Source: a virus
Taxonomy: Duplodnaviria; Heunggongvirae; Uroviricota; Caudoviricetes
Length of the DNA stretch: 30,963 bases
Virus record (IMG/VR): IMGVR_UViG_2548876954_000010
Span: 1 to 30,963 of that record
Direction: 5' to 3' (one strand)
Every line of letters starts with the position of its first letter. Positions within the stretch are counted from its first letter, which is position 1. Shown here one piece after another: positions 1 to 7,663 of the stretch. Under the pieces are notes generated by a model, which worked only from the letters and a program-made list of their open reading frames with translations, made no database searches and was not told where the DNA came from. The translations under genes were made by a program, and so were the position numbers.

Positions 1-16
1 AACACGAGCAAACAGA

Positions 17-50
17 TAAAAAAAGGGCCAGCCAATTGGCCAGCCCTTCT
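17..50 (-). terminator. Hairpin with flanking A/T runs; likely rho-independent terminator for leftward transcription at the prophage/host junction
   Basis: Perfect 10-bp palindrome gccaattggc (31-40) extended by GGGC/GCCC arms (25-28 / 43-46), preceded by a 7-A run (reads as U-run on the minus strand) and followed by ttctt. Confidence 0.4.
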
Positions 51-172
51 TAACAGGATGTCGCTTAAGCGAAACCTTAGTTAAGACGCTCCTATTAACA
101 CCCCATAACAAACAAACACTTACCATATAAAACAATTAGTTAATGCAATTTTTAATGCAGTGAATTGCAGCG

Positions 173-1222
173 TTACGCAACCTCTGCCGCCACGTTGTCG
201 CCAATACACAGTGACAACGGATTCAAGGTGACAGCTTGTTCAAGATGGTCAGGAGCAAAGTGCGCATACTTCATTGTTTCACGAATATTTGCGTGACCGA
301 GTATCTTCTGGAGTACAAGGATATTGCCGCCATTCATCATAAAATGCGCGCCAAAGGTGTGACGTAAAACGTGCGTTTTCTGCCCTTCAGTCAATTCAAT
401 GTTTGTGAGTTTGAGCATCTTCTTAAAGTCCTGATAGCAGGGCTTGAACATTCTTCCCTGACGTTCGGACAACTCGTCATACAGCCATTTAGGAATCGGA
501 ACCGTGCGATTCTTCTTACCTTTGGTTTTGGTGAAAGTCAGCTTGCAGGGGGAAAGTTGGGGACGTGTAAGTCTCTCAGCTTCTCCCCATCGTGCGCCAG
601 TAGCCAGGCACACCTTAACAATCATAGTAAGATTTTCTTTGCCATATTGTTCACAGGCTCGGAACAGCTCCGGGAGCTGAGACAAAGTTAGCCAGGACAT
701 TTCTTTCTCAGCTTCTTTGAATACACGAATCCCGTCCAGTGGATTGGGTAAACTCCATTCACCTAATCGCCGCAGTTCATTGAACACAGCTTCGAGGTAT
801 TGCTGTTCGCGATTGACAGTTATAGGTTTGGCGATCCATTTCGCCGGGTCTTTGTGATAGCCGTTGTCTATTTCGCCACGTAATCGACGGTCACGGTAAT
901 GAGCCCAATCTTTAGCGGTAAGACGAGATGCAATAGGGTCGCCCAACCCGTTACATACAATTTGAAGCTTAGCTAACCGCGACTTACTGGCGACCAACGC
1001 CTGTCCATGTAAATTATGCCAAAGCTGGATAATCTCACTTAAGCGTCGGCGGTCTTCTTTCTTGCCGAGCCACGGCTTATCTTCACTCTCGCTTTTCGTA
1101 AATGCTTCGAATGCCTCGGCCTCACCTTTGGTATTGAATTGCCGACGTATTCGCCGCCCTTCTCGCCCATTAGGATAAAGCTCACATAACCATTTGCCAT
1201 TTTTTTGCTTACTTATAGTCAT
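173..1222 (-). CDS. int: Tyrosine-recombinase integrase (P2/186 type)
   Basis: Minus-strand ORF; translation has the C-terminal catalytic region typical of phage integrases (ATGARWGE, HVLRHTFGAHFMMNGGNILVLQKILGHANIRETMKYAHF). Start chosen at internal MTISKQ (ATG at 1220-1222) with GGTGA RBS just upstream, rather than the ORF-track start at 1270. Position next to the repressor fits P2/186 layout. Confidence 0.9.
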   Translation of the reverse strand: MTISKQKNGKWLCELYPNGREGRRIRRQFNTKGEAEAFEAFTKSESEDKPWLGKKEDRRRLSEIIQLWHNLHGQALVASKSRLAKLQIVCNGLGDPIASRLTAKDWAHYRDRRLRGEIDNGYHKDPAKWIAKPITVNREQQYLEAVFNELRRLGEWSLPNPLDGIRVFKEAEKEMSWLTLSQLPELFRACEQYGKENLTMIVKVCLATGARWGEAERLTRPQLSPCKLTFTKTKGKKNRTVPIPKWLYDELSERQGRMFKPCYQDFKKMLKLTNIELTEGQKTHVLRHTFGAHFMMNGGNILVLQKILGHANIRETMKYAHFAPDHLEQAVTLNPLSLCIGDNVAAEVA

Positions 1223-1244
1223 AATGTCACCGAGGCAACTCTTA

Positions 1245-1583
1245 TCATTCGCAAAGTGCTGTCGCAGCATCCATTACGGGATCCAAAGGAATTTTTACTC
1301 CTTCATAATCCGGGCTATTTTTCCAAACAGTATCAATATCGCTCCCCTCAAGCTTTCCAGACTTTACACCATCAATAGCAAACCCATTTAATGGGTATCG
1401 GTCATCTGTTGCTTTGTCGTACACAAAGGCATATCTACCATTAACACAAGACACCGTAGCTTTTTCAAAAGTTAACGGCCAATCATCACCAAACTTAGCA
1501 CCGTCTAAATCCTGTGTTTTTTCAGCGGCTGATGCACCGAAAGAAAGTGAAAGAAATAAAGCTAAAAAAAGCTTACGTTTCAT
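1245..1583 (-). CDS. Small secreted/periplasmic protein of unknown function (moron between repressor and integrase)
   Basis: Start at MKRKLFLALFLSLSFGASA, a classic signal peptide with AxA cleavage motif, with AAGGGA RBS 4 nt upstream. AT-rich relative to the late genes. P2 itself has no gene between C and int, so this is an insertion in my recollection of the canonical layout. Confidence 0.6.
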   Translation of the reverse strand: MKRKLFLALFLSLSFGASAAEKTQDLDGAKFGDDWPLTFEKATVSCVNGRYAFVYDKATDDRYPLNGFAIDGVKSGKLEGSDIDTVWKNSPDYEGVKIPLDPVMDAATALCE

Positions 1584-1591
1584 AATGTCCC

Positions 1592-2428
1592 TTATACGTG
1601 TTTTTCCAATGTGAAAATTACAGCACCTACTGGTGTGATATCTGTAATGCTGCATTCAAACTCGGCAGACTTATTTGACAACCTGACTTTTCCGCCGGGA
1701 AGACGAATTACATCAAAAACATCAAGAGCGCCGTCAATATCAATTAACCAACGCCCATTACTTATGTTCGAAGCAGAACGGTTGACAAGCCAAGAGGCTC
1801 CAACACCTTCAACAAAAATCAACTCCTCTGAGTCAGAGGGTATCATCGAGGGGTCTGGATGCCATTCGCCAGCGTCCTTAAGCTCACCCGCTTCAAGGCG
1901 AAATTTTTTAATTGAAAAACTTGATGTGACCATTTCTCTGTTAGTTCGCATTTGCCCCTTGCCGGTTGCTAACCATTCCAGCGAAACACCAGTATCAAGG
2001 GCACAAGTAACAACTACATCGCCTGGGAAAAAATCACGCCGAACCCATGTGCTAATTGTTCCAGATGATATACCGAGTAAATCACCCAGCTCCTTTTGCA
2101 TAGAAAAACCGTAAGCATCAAGGATGCGTCTCAGAACAGGTTTACCACCTGAAGCCATGACCTTTTCATAAAGCTCTTTGCCCTTCAGGGTCGCACGTGG
2201 AGAGTTTGCTTTTGCAAGCTCCCCTGTCACTAACCATCCGATATCTGCGCCCGTTTCAATAGCACATTCAACAAATACATTGCCCGGAACGCTATCTCTG
2301 GCAAGCCAACTGCTTATGTTGTTGGCATAAATACCAAGTTTTTCGCCAAGTTCTTTTTGCGAGCTAAGTCCATAAGCCGAAAGGATTCTTTCGATAGCCG
2401 GAGCCGCACCATCTCCAAATTTAGCCAT
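1592..2428 (-). CDS. CI-type immunity repressor with tandem-duplicated N-terminal HTH domains
   Basis: 278 aa. Two consecutive copies of the same motif (ERILSAYGLSSQKELGEKLGIYANNISSWLARDSVPGNVFVECAIETGADIGWLVTG and RRILDAYGFSMQKELGDLLGISSGTISTWVRRDFFPGDVVVTCALDTGVSLEWLATG), followed by a ~120-aa C-terminal domain. Divergent from the apl/cII operon and upstream of int, as for a 186 CI-type repressor. Confidence 0.8.
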   Translation of the reverse strand: MAKFGDGAAPAIERILSAYGLSSQKELGEKLGIYANNISSWLARDSVPGNVFVECAIETGADIGWLVTGELAKANSPRATLKGKELYEKVMASGGKPVLRRILDAYGFSMQKELGDLLGISSGTISTWVRRDFFPGDVVVTCALDTGVSLEWLATGKGQMRTNREMVTSSFSIKKFRLEAGELKDAGEWHPDPSMIPSDSEELIFVEGVGASWLVNRSASNISNGRWLIDIDGALDVFDVIRLPGGKVRLSNKSAEFECSITDITPVGAVIFTLEKHV

Positions 2429-2548
2429 GTATCGCCACCAAAATTAATTTTCGCCATTGCAAAATTAAATTTCGCGAACTAAAGTGATGATTATCAACCA
2501 CGATGCACATCAATGCAGTTCACTACAAACAACAGGAGATAATGCGAT
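2429..2548. promoter_or_regulatory. Lysis/lysogeny switch region between repressor and apl-like gene; candidate rightward promoter
   Basis: 120-bp AT-rich spacer between divergent gene starts. Candidate rightward promoter: -35 TTGCAA (2457-2462), 17-bp spacer, -10 TAAAGT (2480-2485). AGGAGA RBS at 2534-2539. P2/186 switches use face-to-face promoters (established for the family); the exact positions here are inference. Confidence 0.4.
2439..2476. promoter_or_regulatory. Two direct repeats (putative operator / Apl-Cox box pair)
   Basis: CAAAATTAATTTTCGCC (2439-2455) and CAAAATTAAATTTCGCG (2460-2476), 15/17 identical, start-to-start spacing 21 bp (two helical turns), overlapping the candidate -35. 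Confidence 0.45.
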
Positions 2549-2920
2549 ATGTCAGATGCAAAATCAATCTCGACGCATGATTCGCAAAACTCACAAAATC
2601 AAACTGTGCTGTTAGATCCGGCTCAGTTTGATGCCATCGTTACCGCTATGCTGCCAGCTCTGCAGACAATGATCCGCTCCGCTATGTCAGACACAATGAC
2701 AGTGAAAGACTTTGCCGCCACTCGCGGTGTAAGCGAGCGTCTGGTCTGGCAATGGCTTGATGAGGGAATCCTCCTCAAAGCTCCAACTAAAGACTTTTCC
2801 AACAAGGAAGAGGCTGGAAAACGAAGCCGCACCCTCGTAAACGTGAAAGCATGGCGCGACAAACTAACCCAGCAAGCGATTGATTGTCGCTACATCGACC
2901 ACCGCATCGCTCTTAACTGA
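2549..2920 (+). CDS. Apl/Cox-like excisionase / transcriptional regulator (HTH)
   Basis: First rightward gene of the switch, strong AGGAGA RBS. Contains an HTH-like segment MTVKDFAATRGVSERLVWQWLDEGIL. Position matches apl (186) / cox (P2). It is longer (123 aa) than 186 Apl as I recall it, so the function is by position and motif only. Confidence 0.55.
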   Translation: MSDAKSISTHDSQNSQNQTVLLDPAQFDAIVTAMLPALQTMIRSAMSDTMTVKDFAATRGVSERLVWQWLDEGILLKAPTKDFSNKEEAGKRSRTLVNVKAWRDKLTQQAIDCRYIDHRIALN

Positions 2921-2952
2921 ATTTGATTATGCAAGTTAGAGGGAATTTAACC

Positions 2953-3462
2953 ATGTTTGATTTTCAGATTTCTAAACATCCTCACTATGACGAAGCGTGC
3001 CGGGCTTTTGCGCAGCGTCACAACATGGCGAAGCTGGCCGAGCGTGCGGGTATGAACGTTCAAACGTTACGTAACAAGCTCAACCCAGAACAGCCTCACC
3101 AATTCACACCGCCTGAATTGTGGCTGCTGACTGACCTGACCGAAGACTCAACCCTCGTTGATGGCTTTCTGGCGCAAATACATTGTCTGCCATGCGTGCC
3201 GGTTAATGAGCTGGCTAAAGAGAAATTGCAGTCTTATGTGATGCGCGCAATGAGTGAACTCGGCGAACTGGCGAGCGGTGCGGTATCAAATGAACGTATG
3301 ACCTCTGACCGCAAACACAGCATGGTTGAGAGTGTTAATGCAGGCATCCGCATGTTGTCTCTGTCGGCGCTGGCGTTACAGGCGCGTCTACAGGCTAACC
3401 CGGCAATGTCGAGCGTGGTTGATACCATGACCGGCATCGGCGCAACATTTGGTTTGGTATGA
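2953..3462 (+). CDS. cII: CII-like lysogeny-establishment regulator (186 CII family)
   Basis: Start at MFDFQISKHPHYDEACRAFAQRHNMAKLAERAGMNVQTLRNKL (ATG 2953, AGAGGG RBS). 169 aa, and the sequence closely matches my recollection of coliphage 186 CII. Second gene of the rightward early operon. Confidence 0.8.
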   Translation: MFDFQISKHPHYDEACRAFAQRHNMAKLAERAGMNVQTLRNKLNPEQPHQFTPPELWLLTDLTEDSTLVDGFLAQIHCLPCVPVNELAKEKLQSYVMRAMSELGELASGAVSNERMTSDRKHSMVESVNAGIRMLSLSALALQARLQANPAMSSVVDTMTGIGATFGLV

Positions 3463-3469
3463 GGTGTTT

Positions 3470-3670
3470 ATGCTGAAAAATGAACCCTCATTCGCATCTC
3501 TGCTCGTTAAACAAAATCCAGGTATGCATTACGGTCACGGCTGGATCGCGGGTAAAGATGGTAAGCGCTGGCACCCGTGCCGCTCTCAGTCTGATTTACT
3601 GGCTGGCCTCTCTACTCAAAAGCTGGGGGAATCATGGCTATCGAAGCTGTTTCCGCGACTATTCCGCTAA
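3470..3670 (+). CDS. Small early protein (fil/dhr-region gene of 186-like phages); function not assignable
   Basis: ATG at 3470 with GAGG RBS 5 nt upstream; 66 aa. Lies where 186 encodes host-interference genes (fil, dhr). No motif I can identify. Confidence 0.4.
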   Translation: MLKNEPSFASLLVKQNPGMHYGHGWIAGKDGKRWHPCRSQSDLLAGLSTQKLGESWLSKLFPRLFR

Positions 3671-3972
3671 AAGCGGGTGAACGTCTGGCCGGTCTCAATC
3701 ATGTAGCTGAATTGCGCGCGAGATATTGGGGCGATAGTTGGAAAGAGGTTGAGCGCTTTGTCGATGATATGCGCGATAAACGTGACTCTCAATTTGAAGA
3801 AAATAATCGGGCGCTGGCCGCTATTTTCTTTCTGGCAAAAATACCGGCGGCTCGTCATGAGCTCGAATTAAGTGAGCTGACTACTGACGAGAAAAAAGCG
3901 CTTATTACAGCGATGAATCATTTTCGTGCAGTAGTGAGCTTATTTCCCAAACGGCTAACCATGCCGAATTAA
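3634..3972 (+). CDS. Early-operon protein of unknown function (fil/dhr region)
   Basis: 112-aa ORF with GGGGGA RBS at 3622-3627. Overlaps the previous gene by 37 nt in another frame; same strand and operon. Confidence 0.45.
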   Translation: MAIEAVSATIPLKAGERLAGLNHVAELRARYWGDSWKEVERFVDDMRDKRDSQFEENNRALAAIFFLAKIPAARHELELSELTTDEKKALITAMNHFRAVVSLFPKRLTMPN

Positions 3973-4038
3973 CCAAAACAGAAATTAATGGCGTAAACCC
4001 GCCGGGCATTTTATTGCCCAAAATCAGGAGAGTTAGTT

Positions 4039-4266
4039 ATGCGTAATACCGAACCCCGTAGTTTTAATACTGATAGTGACACGCTGGCCGTGCTGCTGAC
4101 AGATGCAAAAAAAGAAGAACGCAAAGACCGCGCACTCGCCGTTTCAATCCGTCTTGAGGCGCTGGCTATCCATATCACTAAAGAGGGCATGAACGGCACC
4201 GAAGCCGCTGAACTGCTGCGCCGTGAGGCCACCCGCTACGAAAACGAATCACAGGAGCTGCACTAA
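4039..4266 (+). CDS. Small conserved early protein (P2-family orf80/DUF2732-like)
   Basis: 75-aa ORF with CAGGAGAG RBS at 4024-4031. Charged helical protein immediately upstream of the zinc-finger gene, as in the P2 early operon. Confidence 0.5.
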   Translation: MRNTEPRSFNTDSDTLAVLLTDAKKEERKDRALAVSIRLEALAIHITKEGMNGTEAAELLRREATRYENESQELH

Positions 4267-4487
4267 TGGCCGACGCAATGGATTTAGCACAACTGCGCGA
4301 GCAGGAAGACCGCGAGCGCCACATCAGCAACGCGCGCAGCCGTATAGCAGCGTCCTCTCCTTTCCTCTGCGAAGAATGTGACTCACCAATCCCGGAAGCT
4401 CGCCGTGCTGCAATTCAGGGGGTGGCATTTTGCGTGACTTGTCAGCAAATCGCAGAGCTAAAAAACAAACACTATCGGGGGGTATAA
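4266..4487 (+). CDS. TraR/DksA-family C4 zinc-finger protein
   Basis: 73 aa with a CxxC...CxxC motif (CEECDSPIPEARRAAIQGVAFCVTCQ). Start overlaps the upstream stop. P2-like phages carry such a gene just before A. Confidence 0.7.
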   Translation: MADAMDLAQLREQEDRERHISNARSRIAASSPFLCEECDSPIPEARRAAIQGVAFCVTCQQIAELKNKHYRGV

Positions 4488-4488
4488 A

Positions 4489-6711
4489 TTGGCTGTTCAA
4501 TTCGCTTATCCGTGGAATGCTCCACGATCGGCTATAGCCAGCCCATACCTTACTTATAAGCAACAGCATCGCCGCGACCGTATGTTCGCGGCGATGCTGC
4601 ATGCTAAAAAGGTGCTTTCTCTCCAGCCCGACTGCGTGCGGTTAGATGTTTATCGCACTGCGGCAGTGCTGGAGCAAAATCAGGGCATTCAACGAGCCAA
4701 TGCCTTTTTGATCAGCTTCTGCAAAAAGGCATTGCCGCGTCTTGAATTGGTCGCAAAAAAATACGAATGCGCGGGTATCAACAGCAAGGTATCAACCTCT
4801 GTTTTTGGAAGTCATTTTGATACCCAGCTTATGCAATATCTGGCGTCACGCATGGTTAATATGGTCGCCCGATATAACCGCCTCCCGGATATGTCGCGCG
4901 CTGATGTTGACCTGTTGGCCGCCGATATTGCTAATTTCATTCGTGGTGAACTTGCCAACATTAATGACCACGGATTCGGCGAGCTTAAAACGCTGTACAC
5001 CTGGTATAATCGTGCTGGCTTTATTTCCCTCCAGTTCAACGTTATCCCCCCCCATTGGGATCGGGTTGCAAAAAAATATGTTGGCGCGGATGAAATCGCA
5101 CCGGCTATCGCCAAGATGTTTAACGATGGGTGGTGGCGTGGTCGTTTGCGCCGGGTTGCAGCTACGTGGCGCGAACACCTGCAAATTGCAGTCGGCAACG
5201 TCAGCAAGAAAAAAAACACCTATGCGAGTAAAAACTGCGTGACTGACTGGCGTGAACAAAAGCGCCGAACTCGTGAATTTCTCAAAGGTCTGGATCTCGA
5301 AGACGAAGACGGCAACCGTATCAGCCTGATTGAAAAATATGATGGCTCAGTTGCTAACCCTGCGATTCGCCGCTGTGAGCTCATGACTCGCATTCGTGGG
5401 TTTGAAAACATCTGTAATGAGCTCGGTTATGTCGGTGAGTTTTACACTCTGACCGCGCCGTCGAAATATCACGCCACGACTAAAGCCGGTTACCGTAACA
5501 GCAAATGGAGCGGTGCCAGCCCGGCTGACACGCAAAACTATCTAACTGATATCTGGGCGCGTATCCGTGCCAAACTGCATCGGGAAGATGTCCGTATTTT
5601 CGGTATTCGTGTCGCCGAGCCCCATCACGACGGTACTCCACACTGGCACATGCTGATGTTCATGCTGCCGGAAGATGTTGAATATGTTCGCTCCATCGTC
5701 CGTAAATACGCGTGGAAAGAAGACCGCCGCGAACTGAAAAGCGATAAGGCAAAAAAAGCACGTTTCCACGCCGAGTCCATTGACCCGGAGAAAGGCAGCG
5801 CAACCGGCTATGTTGCTAAATACATATCAAAAAATATCGACGGTTATGCTCTCGATGGTGAAACCGATGATGAAAGCGGTGAACTGCTGAAAGAGACAGC
5901 CCCCGCCGTTTCAGCATGGGCTTCGCGCTGGCACATCCGTCAGTTTCAGTTTATCGGTGGTGCGCCGGTGACGGTTTACCGTGAGTTGCGTCGCCTCGCT
6001 GATACCGAAACCGCGCACGGACTGAGCGTTGAGTTTGCCGCCGTCCATGATGCCGCCGACGCTGGTGACTGGGCTGGTTATGTTAATGCGCAGGGTGGAC
6101 CGTTTGTCCGTCGCGATGATTTACAGGTGCGCACACTGTATGAACCACGTACCGAGCTTAATCAGTACGGTGAGGAAACGGTATGTATTAAGGGGGTCTA
6201 CGATTCCTCCATAGGTGCAGGTAGCCCGATTTTAACCCGGCTCACTCAGTGGAAGATTGTTCCGAAGCATGCTGTTGATTTGGCCGTTGACCTTCAGGAC
6301 GGCAAAGCCGTCCCTCGGAGTTCTGTCAATAACTGTACGGGAAGCGAAAACGCTCCACCGGTACTGGATTTGACAAAGCCCCTGAGTCGACGCGAAAGAC
6401 GAGAGCTAACCAACCGACTCAGGAAGCAAAAATCAGCAATACGGCGAAAGTTCAGCCACGGAACGGATGAGCAAAACGCAGCTATAGCTAAAACTATCGA
6501 CGAGATACAACTGACAACCGGCATTACAATCAGCCGGAGCGAAGCCCTGCACCTGATGGCCGGTGGTAAAAGTTGTTTTGATGGCAAATGGCTACGCGGA
6601 ACGGCCAAAGGGGAAATATTTTCCGCAGCACCATCGCATGAGGCTAAAGCTCGGAAAATCCTTAATCGTGTTGCGGCGATGGCTGAATCATCAAAACCAA
6701 CACATGAGTAA
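4489..6711 (+). CDS. A: Rolling-circle replication initiator endonuclease (P2 gpA family)
   Basis: 740-aa ORF. Contains the HUH-like motif region (EPHHDGTPHWHMLMF) and paired tyrosines in GYVAKYISKNIDGYAL. Codon at 4489 is TTG; the first in-frame ATG is at 4582, so the exact start is uncertain. Confidence 0.9.
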   Translation: MAVQFAYPWNAPRSAIASPYLTYKQQHRRDRMFAAMLHAKKVLSLQPDCVRLDVYRTAAVLEQNQGIQRANAFLISFCKKALPRLELVAKKYECAGINSKVSTSVFGSHFDTQLMQYLASRMVNMVARYNRLPDMSRADVDLLAADIANFIRGELANINDHGFGELKTLYTWYNRAGFISLQFNVIPPHWDRVAKKYVGADEIAPAIAKMFNDGWWRGRLRRVAATWREHLQIAVGNVSKKKNTYASKNCVTDWREQKRRTREFLKGLDLEDEDGNRISLIEKYDGSVANPAIRRCELMTRIRGFENICNELGYVGEFYTLTAPSKYHATTKAGYRNSKWSGASPADTQNYLTDIWARIRAKLHREDVRIFGIRVAEPHHDGTPHWHMLMFMLPEDVEYVRSIVRKYAWKEDRRELKSDKAKKARFHAESIDPEKGSATGYVAKYISKNIDGYALDGETDDESGELLKETAPAVSAWASRWHIRQFQFIGGAPVTVYRELRRLADTETAHGLSVEFAAVHDAADAGDWAGYVNAQGGPFVRRDDLQVRTLYEPRTELNQYGEETVCIKGVYDSSIGAGSPILTRLTQWKIVPKHAVDLAVDLQDGKAVPRSSVNNCTGSENAPPVLDLTKPLSRRERRELTNRLRKQKSAIRRKFSHGTDEQNAAIAKTIDEIQLTTGITISRSEALHLMAGGKSCFDGKWLRGTAKGEIFSAAPSHEAKARKILNRVAAMAESSKPTHE

Positions 6712-6785
6712 TTCATATCCATATCATGCACATACGGCAATCGCTCTATTCGTTTTTTTTCTTCCCATTTTTTGCCAATACGTGT

Positions 6786-6805
6786 TACTGTATAAATATA
6801 CAGTA
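6786..6805. promoter_or_regulatory. LexA (SOS) box overlapping a candidate promoter
   Basis: TACTGTATAAATATACAGTA is a near-perfect match to the E. coli LexA consensus (CTGT-N8-ACAG, palindromic). Candidate -35 TTGCCA lies upstream; a GGGAGGGA RBS and ATG at 6825 follow. Confidence 0.75.
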
Positions 6806-6824
6806 ACCCTGTGGGAGGGATTTC

Positions 6825-7007
6825 ATGGTTGGCGAACATTGCAGCCGAACGCAGCAAAAGTGGGCTTGTGTGCAATTTATTGCCGAGGTATCTCTGATTG
6901 CAAACTGCAAGCCATCAGACTTAAAGCTCGCGCTCACTCTCATTGCAGACCTAGCAAACAGCGAAAATAACGAAACCGAAGATGATAATTTTTATAAGGC
7001 TGATTAG
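6825..7007 (+). CDS. LexA-controlled small protein; possibly the N-terminal part of a Tum-type antirepressor
   Basis: 60-aa ORF with a strong RBS (GGGAGGGA, spacing 4) 20 bp downstream of the LexA box. It is followed within 3 bp by a dinI-like reading frame. 186 Tum is an SOS-induced antirepressor whose C-terminal part is DinI-like (recollection). Confidence 0.45.
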   Translation: MVGEHCSRTQQKWACVQFIAEVSLIANCKPSDLKLALTLIADLANSENNETEDDNFYKAD

Positions 7008-7009
7008 AT

Positions 7010-7240
7010 TATGAGAATCAATATCACGTTGGATAAAGAACAAAAAATTAGGGCAACAGATCATTGATGCTTTTCAGAATGAAATAACACATCGAGTACA
7101 ATGCGTTTTCCTGCAACAAAAGTTAACGTTAAGAAAGGGTCAATGACTAGTGTAGAGGCTATCGGATTCGATAAAGAGGCGGACAGAGAAACATTAGGCA
7201 GCATATTACAAGAGATGTGGGAAGACGATAGCTGGCGTTA
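7010..7240 (+). pseudogene. dinI-family gene disrupted by two frameshifts (DinI-like domain of a tum-type locus)
   Basis: Three collinear segments across two frames read MRINITLDKEQKIRATDH* / IDAFQNEITHRVQCVF... / MTSVEAIGFDKEADRETLGSILQEMWEDDSWR*. Together they track E. coli DinI end to end as I recall it (MRIEVT..., ...IDALAGELSRRIQYAF..., ...KEDKQRISEILQETWESADDWF...). Stops fall at 7064-7066 and 7143-7145. Confidence 0.5.
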
Positions 7241-7258
7241 AACATAATAACCGTGCTG

Positions 7259-7312
7259 GCGCAAAAACTAGCTTTTTGCGTCGGCGGGGTTGAGTAACGA
7301 GCCCACGAGGCT
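7259..7312. repeat. Copy A of a composite motif: 8-bp-stem hairpin followed by a conserved ~30-nt box
   Basis: Hairpin CGCAAAAA-ctagc-TTTTTGCG (7260-7280), then tcGGCGGGGTTGAGTAACGAGCCCACGAGGC. A second copy lies at 7664-7718. Confidence 0.5.
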
Positions 7313-7440
7313 TAAGTCCTGCCTTTCAAAATTTCTCAATGTGCTATTGATGACACGCCCATGATTAATGAGGCATGACCTGAGATAGTTTTATAGTGGC
7401 GTTTTGACGGCACTGATTAAAATTCATTGAGGGTGATAAT

Positions 7441-7650
7441 ATGCATCGACTACCAGGTGAAATTCCGCATCACAAAACTAAAAGCATCAAACTGATGGCC
7501 ATCGTTCATCGTCTGCAGCAGATAATGGTCAATGAGAATTTGACACCCACAGAGCTGGTCGGGTGTGCCGAAATAGTCAGGGATAATTACGGCAAGCTGG
7601 ATAGCATCAGCAGGCCGACACAATACGCCCCCCCACCACGTCGACGATAG
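7441..7650 (+). CDS. Hypothetical 69-aa protein
   Basis: ORF with a good RBS (GAGGGTGA) and ATG at 7441. Lies between the two copies of the hairpin-plus-box motif. No recognisable motif. Confidence 0.45.
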   Translation: MHRLPGEIPHHKTKSIKLMAIVHRLQQIMVNENLTPTELVGCAEIVRDNYGKLDSISRPTQYAPPPRRR

Positions 7651-7663
7651 CAAACGTCGTCAA

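Noticed and set aside
6294-6875. 193-aa minus-strand ORF overlapping the 3' end of gene A and the LexA-box region
   Set aside because: Antisense to a strongly supported gene, no RBS context examined in its favour, and it spans the A stop and the SOS promoter. Typical spurious ORF in GC-rich coding DNA.
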